This document shows, one piece after another, positions 17,655 through 27,239 of a DNA stretch of 32,000 bases. The translations under genes and the position numbers were made by a program. Every line of letters starts with the position of its first letter. Position 1 is the first letter of the stretch. This DNA is from Bacteroidales bacterium (GTDB lineage Bacteria; Bacteroidota; Bacteroidia; Bacteroidales; WCHB1-69), in assembly GCA_045534635.1 (NCBI GenBank), contig JAZSKB010000044.1, positions 235,455 to 267,454 on the forward strand, written 5' to 3'. Under the pieces are notes generated by a model. The model was not told the DNA's origin, made no database searches, and saw only the letters and a program-made list of their open reading frames with translations.

Positions 17655-19523
17655 ATGAAAAAAATATTAGGTCTATTTATCATTCTATTGATTTTTAATA
17701 CAATTTCAGGACAATCGTTAAACCACGCCATCACCAATAGCCACGTAGATAGTGTTTGGCAAGGCATAAATTTACCACAAGGATATACAGGCAAAGGAGT
17801 TATTGTAGGTATTACCGATTGGGGCTTTGATTATACCCACCCCGTTTTTTTCGACACAACACTGACATATAGTAGAATATTACGTGTTTGGGATATGTTT
17901 CGTAACAACGGTACCCCTCCTGAAGGTTTCAATTATGGTGTAGAATATACCGACAGCAACGAAATATTACAAGCACTTTGCGATACATTCAATGTGTATG
18001 AATATGGCTATCATGGCACTCATGTGGCTTCTATTGCTGCTGGAAGTGGAGCAAAAACCAAATATCGAGGTGTCGCTTTTGAAGCAGACCTTTTATTTGC
18101 TACATTTATTGTTGATGAACAATCAGTTATAGATGCATTTCTTTGGATGTATCAAGTTGCACAAAAAGAGAATAAAAGACTTGTTATCAATATGAGTTGG
18201 GGATTATATTATATGGATAATCTCGATGGAACAGGAAAACTCGCTAAAATAATGGACTCTTTATCTACATTAGGTGTAGTTTTTGTAACAAGTGGAGGCA
18301 ATAATGGAGATGTAAATTTTCATATTGGACAAAATTTCACTACTAACAAAGATACTCTTCGTACTCAAATCCAATATGATGATAGAAACGCAAATACATA
18401 TTGGGGGCAATCTATCTCTATGACCAATAGCCCACAAAGTTCATTCCAATTTCAGATACATTTGCTTGATATAAACAATAATATTATATATATTGATAAG
18501 TCTTATAATACTATAAATGGTAATCAAAATATAGATACAACAATTATTATCAACGAAGATACATTGATTTATCGCATAGCAATAGAATCAGAAAATCCTG
18601 ACAATCATCGACCACAAGTCCGCCTACGAGTAAAAAAGACCACATCTACTTATAAATTATGCTTATATATCCATGCCGATAATGGAGAATTTCACGCTTG
18701 GAATGTTGCTGAATTAGAAAACAATGTAGGAAATTGGGGCAATGATTTTATTAATCCATATAAAAATGACACCCTATGGACAGCAGGAAATGTCTATCAT
18801 GGCTTAGGTGCTCCTGCCAATGTAGAATGTGCTATTACCGTAGCAGCATACAATCCATCACGCCCTATTCCATTAGGAACAAGAGGCGGAGAAATTGCCT
18901 CATTTTCAAGTTATGGTGGAACTATTGACGGCAGAATTAAACCAGAAATAGCCGCTCCCGGACAAGAAATAGTTGGTGCATTATCCAGTTATACAACAAG
19001 ATATTCATCTTCAATAAGAACAACAAAAGTTAATTTCCGCAACAGAGAATATGGATTTGTTCCATTATCTGGCACGTCTATGTCTTCGCCTGTCGTTGCT
19101 GGAATTGTTGCTTTGATATTGCAAGCTAACCCAAATTTAACACCTCAAGAAATAAAAAATATCATTACCGAGACAGCACAAAACGACCAATATACACAAA
19201 CCGCTGGAGTTGAACGTTTTGGATACGGAAAAATCAACGCATACGCCGCAGTACAAAAAGCATTGGAAACATTGACAATTTCAAACAATAATGCAGATAC
19301 TCATTTTTTGATATATCCAAACCCTACAAAAAACATTATAAATATACAAAACACTAATTATCAAGAAATTAAAAATATTGAAATTTATAATATTAGCGGT
19401 CAACTCATAAAAACAACTATCATAAACAAGTCGTTTACTCAAATTGATATTTCAGAATTGCCAAGTGGCATATATATACTAAAAATCAATGATTTAGATA
19501 TAAAAAAAATTATAAAATTTTAA
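17655..19523 (+). CDS. Secreted subtilisin-family (S8) serine peptidase with T9SS type A C-terminal sorting domain
   Basis: Signal peptide present. Catalytic residues are Asp in GITDWG, His in YHGTHVASIAAG, Asn in NMSWG and Ser in LSGTSMSSPVVAG. The C-terminal approx 80 aa (IYPNPTKNIINIQ...IEIYNISGQLI...LPSGIYILKI) match the Por secretion tail pattern. Confidence 0.88.
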   Translation: MKKILGLFIILLIFNTISGQSLNHAITNSHVDSVWQGINLPQGYTGKGVIVGITDWGFDYTHPVFFDTTLTYSRILRVWDMFRNNGTPPEGFNYGVEYTDSNEILQALCDTFNVYEYGYHGTHVASIAAGSGAKTKYRGVAFEADLLFATFIVDEQSVIDAFLWMYQVAQKENKRLVINMSWGLYYMDNLDGTGKLAKIMDSLSTLGVVFVTSGGNNGDVNFHIGQNFTTNKDTLRTQIQYDDRNANTYWGQSISMTNSPQSSFQFQIHLLDINNNIIYIDKSYNTINGNQNIDTTIIINEDTLIYRIAIESENPDNHRPQVRLRVKKTTSTYKLCLYIHADNGEFHAWNVAELENNVGNWGNDFINPYKNDTLWTAGNVYHGLGAPANVECAITVAAYNPSRPIPLGTRGGEIASFSSYGGTIDGRIKPEIAAPGQEIVGALSSYTTRYSSSIRTTKVNFRNREYGFVPLSGTSMSSPVVAGIVALILQANPNLTPQEIKNIITETAQNDQYTQTAGVERFGYGKINAYAAVQKALETLTISNNNADTHFLIYPNPTKNIINIQNTNYQEIKNIEIYNISGQLIKTTIINKSFTQIDISELPSGIYILKINDLDIKKIIKF

Positions 19524-19606
19524 TTATTAAAAAAAAATCTTATTAATAGGCAATATTTTGCCAATAAAAATGTTTATAAATAGTTAATTTTATTAAAAAG
19601 AATAAA

Positions 19607-21364
19607 TTGTTGTATAAAAAAATTATTATAACTTATTTATTAGTTTTTTTGGGAAGTTTTTCGTTCGCTTCACAAAAAGATACCTGCTTTTTGCAGCAAA
19701 AAAAAGATTGGAAATCTTATCAAAAAACTGCAAAACAATTAGATAGATACGACAAAGATAATTATTATTATCTTCTTCCTATATTCAATCGCACCTACGA
19801 AATTGTTGCTACCAATAAATGGTATCAAAATTTTGATTCAATCATTACACATTGTGATAATGAAATACAAGGTATCTTATCAGACATTGATGAAAATCCT
19901 TGTATGGAGAACATTTTTTATTTAAAAGGTCAATCTCTATTTTACCAAAAAAAATATGAAGATGCAATTGTTGTATTCAGTGCAATGAATGATTTATTTT
20001 ATCAAAATCCTGATGCAATTCTTGAATCTTATATTGGTCTTTTCAATTGTTTTTTTGAATTAAAACAATATCAGCAATGCCAATCTATTTTGGATAGTAT
20101 CACACACGATTTCGATAGCAATGAATTGGTAAAAGATTTATCTTATTTATATGCAATCAGTTCATTAATGTTAGAAATGGAACGATGGCAAGAATCTATA
20201 AACTATTTACAAATAATTTTGGCAAAAAAAATTCCATATCAACTAAGAACACGAATTTTATTTATTCTCGGACAAGTTTACGAAACTATTGGAGAATACA
20301 ATAATGCAATTGTTCAATATACAGAAGTAAGCAAACGACTTGTTTCTAATAATATCATGCATAGTTATGCGATTTTACATACTCATTTATGCCAAAAAGA
20401 TATAGAAAAACGTTATCAAGATTCTATTGAAGATGCGATTTATAAACAAACACACCCTACCCCAACTACATTCGAACCATCTATGGTAGAATCTCCCTCC
20501 GAACACAATAATTTTGAAAATGAATATCCATATTATTTCAATGATTTAGCCTCAATGTTCTTTTTACAAGAATATGATGAAATAGATATATACGATAGCA
20601 CTTACATTGACGATATTAATGAAGACGAATTGAGTACATCTTTGTTAGATTCTATCTTTGAAAATTGGGATTCGATATCCATTCATATTCCAAGAACAGA
20701 TTTTAGCAATATGACCGATACTATATATCTACCATTGGTTGATTCAAATTATATTTTACCAGAATTTTCTACAATAGTATCTCGATTTGGTTGGCGTAAA
20801 AGACGTTATCATTATGGATTAGATTTTAAAAATCGCGTTGGAGACAGCATTTATTGCCTTTTTGATGGCGTTGTTCGCATTTCTAAATGGAATAGGACAT
20901 ACGGAAACCTTGTTATTGTAAGACATTACAATGGTTTGGAAACTTTTTATGCACATTGTTCAAAACTATTAGTTACACCAAATACAGAAGTTAAAGCCGG
21001 ACAAGTAATAGCATTGATTGGCAATACTGGTAGAAGTACAGGTCCTCATTTACACCTTGAAACCCGTTACAAAGGTGTACCTATCAATCCCGAACATATT
21101 ATTGATTTTGAAAAACAAAAATTGATTTCTGATACATTAATTATATGTAAGGAACTTTTTAATTACAAACGTTCCAACAGAAGTTCTTCATCTTCTGGAG
21201 CCACACTAACCAATATTAATGGAGGTTCTTATTACACCGTACGATATGGAGATACATTGTCGAGAATTGCACAAAGATACGGAACAAGTGTCAACAATAT
21301 AAAACGTTTAAATGGGTTACGCTCTGATTTTATTCGAGATGGGCAACGACTACGGATTAAATAA
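19607..21364 (+). CDS. TPR - M23 metallopeptidase - LysM peptidoglycan hydrolase
   Basis: TTG start with a signal peptide. TPR-like helices in the N-terminal half. M23 motifs are HYGLDF and GPHLHLE. The C-terminal LysM is YYTVRYGDTLSRIAQRYGTSVNNIKRLNGL. Confidence 0.85.
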   Translation: MLYKKIIITYLLVFLGSFSFASQKDTCFLQQKKDWKSYQKTAKQLDRYDKDNYYYLLPIFNRTYEIVATNKWYQNFDSIITHCDNEIQGILSDIDENPCMENIFYLKGQSLFYQKKYEDAIVVFSAMNDLFYQNPDAILESYIGLFNCFFELKQYQQCQSILDSITHDFDSNELVKDLSYLYAISSLMLEMERWQESINYLQIILAKKIPYQLRTRILFILGQVYETIGEYNNAIVQYTEVSKRLVSNNIMHSYAILHTHLCQKDIEKRYQDSIEDAIYKQTHPTPTTFEPSMVESPSEHNNFENEYPYYFNDLASMFFLQEYDEIDIYDSTYIDDINEDELSTSLLDSIFENWDSISIHIPRTDFSNMTDTIYLPLVDSNYILPEFSTIVSRFGWRKRRYHYGLDFKNRVGDSIYCLFDGVVRISKWNRTYGNLVIVRHYNGLETFYAHCSKLLVTPNTEVKAGQVIALIGNTGRSTGPHLHLETRYKGVPINPEHIIDFEKQKLISDTLIICKELFNYKRSNRSSSSSGATLTNINGGSYYTVRYGDTLSRIAQRYGTSVNNIKRLNGLRSDFIRDGQRLRIK

Positions 21365-21376
21365 TTTTCTTGAATC

Positions 21377-22312
21377 GTGAAATACAAATTTAATCAACAA
21401 TCATTATCATTTGAAAAGGTTGAAAAAACCGTTAAACAACGGATAAAAAACCTATTACTACATTTGGCAACTGCTATTGCTTTTGCTACTATTATTTTAA
21501 TATTTTGGTCATTTTTCTTTGATTCCCCAAAAGAAAAACAATTGAAACGTGAAGTTAAAGAATATAATTTAAAAATCAATCAATTAGAAAAAAAAATTGA
21601 TTTGTTGTCTCAAGTTCTTGAGGATTACCAAGAAAAAGATAAATCATTGTATAGGAGTATTTTAGAAGCAACCCCACAAGAATCTAATGTTTCTATTGAA
21701 GCACTCGCATCGTATAACGATTTATCACAGAAAGAAGCACTTACACGTTTACAACTCAAAACAGACCTTTTGGTAACCGAAACCCAACAATTACTATTAT
21801 CTTACTGTGAATTATGGAAGTTAGCACAAAATAAAAAAGAAATTTACAGCCATATCCCAGCCATATCACCCGTTAAAAATCCACAAGTAATTTCAGGATT
21901 TGGACATCGCTATCATCCTATATACAAAATTTTACGTCCACATACTGGCATCGATATTATTGGCAAAAAAGGCACTCCAATTTATGCTACTGCCGACGGC
22001 ACTATCTGCAATCCTAATGTTGGCACTTCTGGTTATGGTATTTTAGTGGCTATCAATCATGGCAACGGCTATCAAACTATATATGCTCATTTGTCTAAAA
22101 AAAATGTTCACATAGGGCAAAAAGTGAAACGAGGAGAAGTTATAGGTTACATGGGAAATTCTGGACTTTCCTCAGGAGTTCATGTTCATTATGAAGTTAT
22201 TAAAAATGGCGTTAAGGTCAATCCGATACATTATTTCTTTGCAGACATTACTCCTGAAGAATATGATGCCATACTCAAACAAGCATCTGAAATCAATCAA
22301 TCATTATCTTAA
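21377..22312 (+). CDS. Membrane-anchored coiled-coil M23 metallopeptidase (EnvC-like layout)
   Basis: GTG start. One TM helix (LLLHLATAIAFATIILIFWSFFF) and a coiled-coil segment. M23 motifs are HTGIDI and GVHVHYE. Confidence 0.85.
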   Translation: MKYKFNQQSLSFEKVEKTVKQRIKNLLLHLATAIAFATIILIFWSFFFDSPKEKQLKREVKEYNLKINQLEKKIDLLSQVLEDYQEKDKSLYRSILEATPQESNVSIEALASYNDLSQKEALTRLQLKTDLLVTETQQLLLSYCELWKLAQNKKEIYSHIPAISPVKNPQVISGFGHRYHPIYKILRPHTGIDIIGKKGTPIYATADGTICNPNVGTSGYGILVAINHGNGYQTIYAHLSKKNVHIGQKVKRGEVIGYMGNSGLSSGVHVHYEVIKNGVKVNPIHYFFADITPEEYDAILKQASEINQSLS

Positions 22313-22318
22313 TAGCAA

Positions 22319-23215
22319 TTATTTAAGATAGGTATAATATTCTGTTTCACTTGCTGTTACTCCAGAATATCGCACTTGGTAATTATATACATCATTATCT
22401 TTTTGATACCCAGTTTTATCCGAAAATGTTGACATTTCTGTCATTGTACATTTAATTGGATACGATTTATTATATTTATAATCAAACTTTTGCGTTATCA
22501 ATGCTCTATCATATTCATCGTAACCATTATCATAATAATAATGAATTGATGAAATATTATTTTTACTATATCCTAATAAATCAACAATAGGATAAGGTAA
22601 ACCATAAAATGGATTTACTTTATCATCATATTTATATGTTGCTGTATAATATAATGTTGAATCTTTCCCTTGGGCTAAATATGTTCTTATTGTCGTAATA
22701 TTATCCTTTTCATACGTAATATATTGGTATGCAGTAAGTTCTTTATTTGATTTATGTACTTTCAATTTTTGAAATGTTTTTGGAACAAATACTGAAGTAA
22801 GTTTTGAATCTGATTTTGCTAAATAAAAAGACAATTTGCGAATTTTATTCGTTTTTTCTTTTCTTTCTACCAATATTTCTAATTTTAACTCATTGTTTTC
22901 AAAACACTTAATATTCGTCAATAAAGATTTGTTATATGTCAATTCTACCCTTTCATTTTCTTTTGAAAGAAAAATAGTGGATATTGTTTTATCCTTATTG
23001 AAAATAAAAGAAATAGTATCTTTGTCTAAAAGATGTAAAATTGATTGTAATTGCTTTTTATCATTATAAACAAATTCATCTGTTAAAACAATTTCACTAT
23101 CATTTTGCTTTTCAACAAATTGTATCTTTTTTTTCGGGTTAAAAACTTCACTTTTCTGACAAGAAAACATTAAAAACAAAACTAATCCAATTAATAAATA
23201 ATATTGTATTTTCAT
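22319..23215 (-). CDS. Tyr/Lys/Asn-rich lipoprotein of unknown function
   Basis: MKIQYYLLIGLVLFLMFSC lipobox. Beta-rich, Tyr-rich repeats such as YTATYKYDDKVNPFYG. No catalytic motif recognised. Confidence 0.6.
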   Translation of the reverse strand: MKIQYYLLIGLVLFLMFSCQKSEVFNPKKKIQFVEKQNDSEIVLTDEFVYNDKKQLQSILHLLDKDTISFIFNKDKTISTIFLSKENERVELTYNKSLLTNIKCFENNELKLEILVERKEKTNKIRKLSFYLAKSDSKLTSVFVPKTFQKLKVHKSNKELTAYQYITYEKDNITTIRTYLAQGKDSTLYYTATYKYDDKVNPFYGLPYPIVDLLGYSKNNISSIHYYYDNGYDEYDRALITQKFDYKYNKSYPIKCTMTEMSTFSDKTGYQKDNDVYNYQVRYSGVTASETEYYTYLK

Positions 23216-23308
23216 TATTATGTATTTTTTTTATATAACGTTTAAATTTATAAAATATTTTATATAATTTTACGTTTTTTAAAAATAAGCATTTTTGTTT
23301 TTGCGAAC

Positions 23309-25867
23309 ATGCATAGAAGAATAGTATTAGTTGTTTTATTGTGTTGTATCTTTATACCAATATTTGCCACCCATGAAAGGGCTGGTGAAATTACCTATCG
23401 ACACATCAGTGGGTTAACATACGAAATTACCCTAACAACATACACCTACGCCCCAAGTCCAGCAGACCGCCCAAATTTAGATATTGATTGGGGAGACGGC
23501 TCGTCATCAAACGTATTTCGCTATGATTTTCAAATAGTTGGAACAGATATAAAGAAAAATGTCTATATTGCTTCTCACACTTATCCTTCGGCAGGAACTT
23601 ATATCATTTCTATGGTAGATGAAAATAGAAATCAAGGAATCGTTAATATTCCACAATCGGTATCAGTTCCATTTTATATAGAAACAGAAATAACAATAAA
23701 CAATTTTTTCACTCCAAACAATTCCCCTATTTTAAACAACCCTCCTATTGACGTAGGTTGTGTTGGCGTTCCATTTTATCATAATCCTGTAGCAATAGAC
23801 CCTGACGGCGACAGCCTATCTTATTCATTAATTGCATGTCGAAGAGGAAAAGGACAATTTATAGCAGGCTACACCACACCTTTGGCAAGTAATTCTATCA
23901 GTATAGATGCTCGCACTGGAGATTTTGTTTGGGATAGTCCTATGCTTCAAGGAGAATACAATATTGCTATTTTAATAGAAGAATGGCGTAAGGGAATAAA
24001 AATTGGCTCTGTTGTTCGAGATATGCAAATCAATATTACAGCATGCAACAATTTGCCACCAATTATACAAACTATCTCTTATGCTTGTGTCAATGCTGGC
24101 GATTCTTTAACTTTTTTAGTTGAGGCAACAGATGATAGCACTCAAATTGTTACCTTATCAGCATTAGGAGATGTATTTTCAGTAAATCAACCTGCATCAT
24201 TTTCAAAACAAAGCAACTATGGACATGTTGGTGAACAATTTGTATGGGCAACCGATTGCGAACACGTCAGATTAAATCCATATCAAGTTACATTTAAAGC
24301 ACAAGACAATGGAAATCCTGTTAATTTAGTCAGTCTGCATACTCTACAAATTCAAGTAGTTGCACCTGCTCCACAACAATTACAAACATTGCCTTCGGAA
24401 AATAGTATATTTTTATCATGGCAACCTTCGCCTTGTAGTTCGCTCGCCAAAGGATATAAAATATACCGAAAAATAGACCCTTCGGGCTTTGTTCCGATGC
24501 ATTGTCAAACGGGAGTTCCACAATTTACAGGTTTTCAACAAATTGCTATCACTACAGATACATTTTTTATCGATGACAATGCAAGCAAAGGACTTTTACA
24601 CGGAATGGAATATTGTTACATGGTGATTGCCTATTTTTCCGATGGTGCAGAAAGTTATGCTTCCAACGAATCTTGTACTATACTCAAACAATCTATACCC
24701 ATTATAACACATATTTCTATTGATAGTACCGATGAAAATTACGGAAAAATTGCTATTCAATGGGAAAAACCAAAAGGAATTGACACTATTCAATATCAAG
24801 GTCCGTATAGTTTTGAATTATTTTGCAGTAATAACAACACTTCAAATTTCATACTTGTAGATACATTTCTTTACAATGAACCCACTATATATCAAAATAA
24901 TAACAAAAACACAACACAAAATCAATTTTATTATCAACTACGAATGTACAATCTTACTAATGGTAAAACATTAATTGGGTCGTCTGATATTGGCTCTTCT
25001 ATATTTTTACAAATACACGCAGGAGACAGAAAAAATTTATTATCATGGCATTCGGTTACACCTTGGAACAATATTCAATATGAAATACAACGATATAACA
25101 CTAATAATCAAAACTTTGACATTATAGCAACAACTACAGATACTTTTTATTACGATACTTCACTGATAAATGGAGAAAATTATTGCTACCGAATTTTAGC
25201 TTTCGGACAATATTCCGATACCACAATCCAACGCCCATTACAAAATTATTCTCAAATAGTTTGTGCGATTCCTATTGACAATCAAGCACCTGATTGTCCG
25301 ATATTACAAGGGCAAACAGATTGTGAAAATATTGATTTACAATGGGATATTAATTTACTAACCAATAAAGATATTCATCAATTTTATATCTATTATCGTC
25401 CTGATGTTAATAGTCAATTTTCTATTATTGATAGTGTTCCTTATACAGAAATGAACTATCAAATTATCCATCCTATTTCTGTTATAGGCTGTTTTATTGT
25501 TACGGCAATTGATAGCAACGGCAATGAAAGCGAAATATGTTCAGAAATTTGTTTTGACAATGATATTTGTCCTCAATACAAACTACCCAATATTTTCACA
25601 CCAGATGCTCTTTGCGAAGGCATTCCATGTCTATTTCGCCCATATAAATATAATTTTGTAGAAAGTGCAGAAATTTTCATTTACAATCGTTGGGGAAATT
25701 TAGTTTTTTTCACTACCAATCCAGACATTAATTGGGATGGAATCAATCAACAAACAAAACAAAAATGTGTTGCGGGAGTATATTATTACTTTTGCAATAT
25801 CAATGAATACACTTTAAAAGGAATTTCAAAACGAATAATAACAGGTTCAATCACTTTAATAAGATAA
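23309..25867 (+). CDS. Large surface protein: PKD-like, cadherin-like and FN3-like domains with T9SS type B (gliding-motility-associated) C-terminal sorting domain
   Basis: Signal peptide followed by THERAGEITY. PKD-like DIDWGDGSS...SHTYPSAGTY, and DPDGDSLSYSL (cadherin-like). FN3-like LSWQPSP...YKIYRK and LLSWHS...YEIQRYN. The C-terminus PNIFTPD...IYNRWGNLVF...WDG...GVYYY fits the type B CTD. Confidence 0.85.
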   Translation: MHRRIVLVVLLCCIFIPIFATHERAGEITYRHISGLTYEITLTTYTYAPSPADRPNLDIDWGDGSSSNVFRYDFQIVGTDIKKNVYIASHTYPSAGTYIISMVDENRNQGIVNIPQSVSVPFYIETEITINNFFTPNNSPILNNPPIDVGCVGVPFYHNPVAIDPDGDSLSYSLIACRRGKGQFIAGYTTPLASNSISIDARTGDFVWDSPMLQGEYNIAILIEEWRKGIKIGSVVRDMQINITACNNLPPIIQTISYACVNAGDSLTFLVEATDDSTQIVTLSALGDVFSVNQPASFSKQSNYGHVGEQFVWATDCEHVRLNPYQVTFKAQDNGNPVNLVSLHTLQIQVVAPAPQQLQTLPSENSIFLSWQPSPCSSLAKGYKIYRKIDPSGFVPMHCQTGVPQFTGFQQIAITTDTFFIDDNASKGLLHGMEYCYMVIAYFSDGAESYASNESCTILKQSIPIITHISIDSTDENYGKIAIQWEKPKGIDTIQYQGPYSFELFCSNNNTSNFILVDTFLYNEPTIYQNNNKNTTQNQFYYQLRMYNLTNGKTLIGSSDIGSSIFLQIHAGDRKNLLSWHSVTPWNNIQYEIQRYNTNNQNFDIIATTTDTFYYDTSLINGENYCYRILAFGQYSDTTIQRPLQNYSQIVCAIPIDNQAPDCPILQGQTDCENIDLQWDINLLTNKDIHQFYIYYRPDVNSQFSIIDSVPYTEMNYQIIHPISVIGCFIVTAIDSNGNESEICSEICFDNDICPQYKLPNIFTPDALCEGIPCLFRPYKYNFVESAEIFIYNRWGNLVFFTTNPDINWDGINQQTKQKCVAGVYYYFCNINEYTLKGISKRIITGSITLIR

Positions 25868-25868
25868 T

Positions 25869-26477
25869 ATGTTTACAGGAATCGTAGAAAAAACAGGAAA
25901 AGTAGTTGCAATTCATCAAGACAAAACAAATGTACACTTCACCATTGAAGTTGATTTTATTGATGAACTAAAAATTGACCAAAGTATGAGTCACGATGGA
26001 TGTTGTTTAACAATTGTCGCTATTGACAAAGTCAATAAATGCTATACTGTTACAGCAATGCACGAAACACTTCTTAAAACAAATTTATGTACTTGGGAAG
26101 TTGGTTATGAAGTCAATTTAGAACGCAGTATGAAGATGGATGGTCGTTTTGATGGTCATATAGTACAAGGACACGTTGACCAAACTGCAAAATGTATCAA
26201 AATAATAGATGAAAATGGTAGTTGGCGTTATTATTTTGAATATGAAGCACAAAAAGACCAAATCACTGTACCCAAAGGTTCTATTAGTGTTAATGGGGTT
26301 AGTCTTACAGTTGTAGATTCTGAAATCGGAATGTTTTCTGTGGCTATTATTCCATATACTCAACAAGTTACCAACTTTCACAATTTCAAAGTAGGAACTA
26401 TTATCAATATAGAATTCGATGTTTTTGGAAAATATGTTGCTCGATTGTTGGAACAATATATGAATCAACAAAAATAA
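25869..26477 (+). CDS. ribE: Riboflavin synthase (alpha chain)
   Basis: MFTGIVE N-terminus. Duplicated lumazine-binding halves carry SHDGCCLT and SVNGVSLTV. Length 202 aa. Confidence 0.93.
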   Translation: MFTGIVEKTGKVVAIHQDKTNVHFTIEVDFIDELKIDQSMSHDGCCLTIVAIDKVNKCYTVTAMHETLLKTNLCTWEVGYEVNLERSMKMDGRFDGHIVQGHVDQTAKCIKIIDENGSWRYYFEYEAQKDQITVPKGSISVNGVSLTVVDSEIGMFSVAIIPYTQQVTNFHNFKVGTIINIEFDVFGKYVARLLEQYMNQQK

Positions 26478-26487
26478 AATTTGATAA

Positions 26488-27237
26488 TTATTTATCAGTA
26501 TTTAATATATTTTTTTCATTGTTTACAATAGTCAAATCTTGTAAACAAACAGAAGCACACCAACAACCAAAAATAGCAGGCATATAAGAAATTGTTCCCA
26601 TGCTTGTACGTTTATAAGTAGTATTTTCTTCGACAATCGTTCCTCGACTTTCTTCTGAAGAAAATATTACTTTTATACCTTTGTATATTCCTATTTTGCG
26701 TAAACGTTTGCGAACATTGGCTGCCAAAGGACATTGGTAACTTTTGGATATATCTGCAAGATGAATTTTAGAAGGGTCTAATTTTCCTCCCGACCCCATC
26801 GCACTAACTATTGGAATATTCCGTTTTAATGCTTCAGCCATTAAAAACACTTTTGGAGAAATAGTATCAATAGCATCTATAAGATAATCAAAATTATGAT
26901 TATCAAATAATTTTACTGTATTTTTCTCTGCTAAAAAATCACAAATAGCATGTATTTTCAATCGTGGATTGATGTCTAAAAATCGATTCTTTAAAACTTC
27001 AACTTTCGGTTGGTTATATGTAGATATTAATGCCACAAGTTGACGATTTCTATTGGTAACATCTACTTTATCTGCATCAACGATAGTAATTTCTCCGACT
27101 CCTGCTCGAACAAGCATTTCTGCTGCATAGGCTCCTACTCCACCAAGACCAACTATTAAAACATGCTTACACTGCAAGGCTTCAACATTTTCTTTTCCTA
27201 AAAGTAAAATCGTTCTATTTTGCCAATTATCTAACAT
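26488..27237 (-). CDS. tcdA: tRNA threonylcarbamoyladenosine dehydratase (ThiF/MoeB-like E1 fold)
   Basis: NRTILLLG...HVLIVGLGGVGAYAAEMLVRAGVGEITIVDADKVDVTNRNRQ is the TcdA/CsdL-type dinucleotide-binding signature. Length 249 aa. Confidence 0.82.
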   Translation of the reverse strand: MLDNWQNRTILLLGKENVEALQCKHVLIVGLGGVGAYAAEMLVRAGVGEITIVDADKVDVTNRNRQLVALISTYNQPKVEVLKNRFLDINPRLKIHAICDFLAEKNTVKLFDNHNFDYLIDAIDTISPKVFLMAEALKRNIPIVSAMGSGGKLDPSKIHLADISKSYQCPLAANVRKRLRKIGIYKGIKVIFSSEESRGTIVEENTTYKRTSMGTISYMPAIFGCWCASVCLQDLTIVNNEKNILNTDK

Positions 27238-27239
27238 AA

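Noticed and set aside
17482-17658. 58-codon plus-strand ORF in the gap upstream of the S8 peptidase gene (not in the track).
   Set aside because: Its Lys/Asn/Ile-rich composition is typical of AT-rich non-coding DNA. It contains the S8 promoter box, and its stop overlaps the S8 ATG. No motif was found.
19549-19562. Small hairpin GGCAA-TATT-TTGCC after the S8 gene as an intrinsic terminator.
   Set aside because: It has only a 5-bp stem and no trailing T-run, which is too weak to call.
26118-26471. 117-aa minus-strand ORF, plus the other short antisense ORFs in the track (e.g. 2099..2296, 2937..3224, 7186..7452, 8528..8731, 11802..12014, 28140..28355, 28717..28941).
   Set aside because: Each lies entirely inside a strongly supported gene on the opposite strand and has low-complexity, AT-codon-driven composition without motifs.
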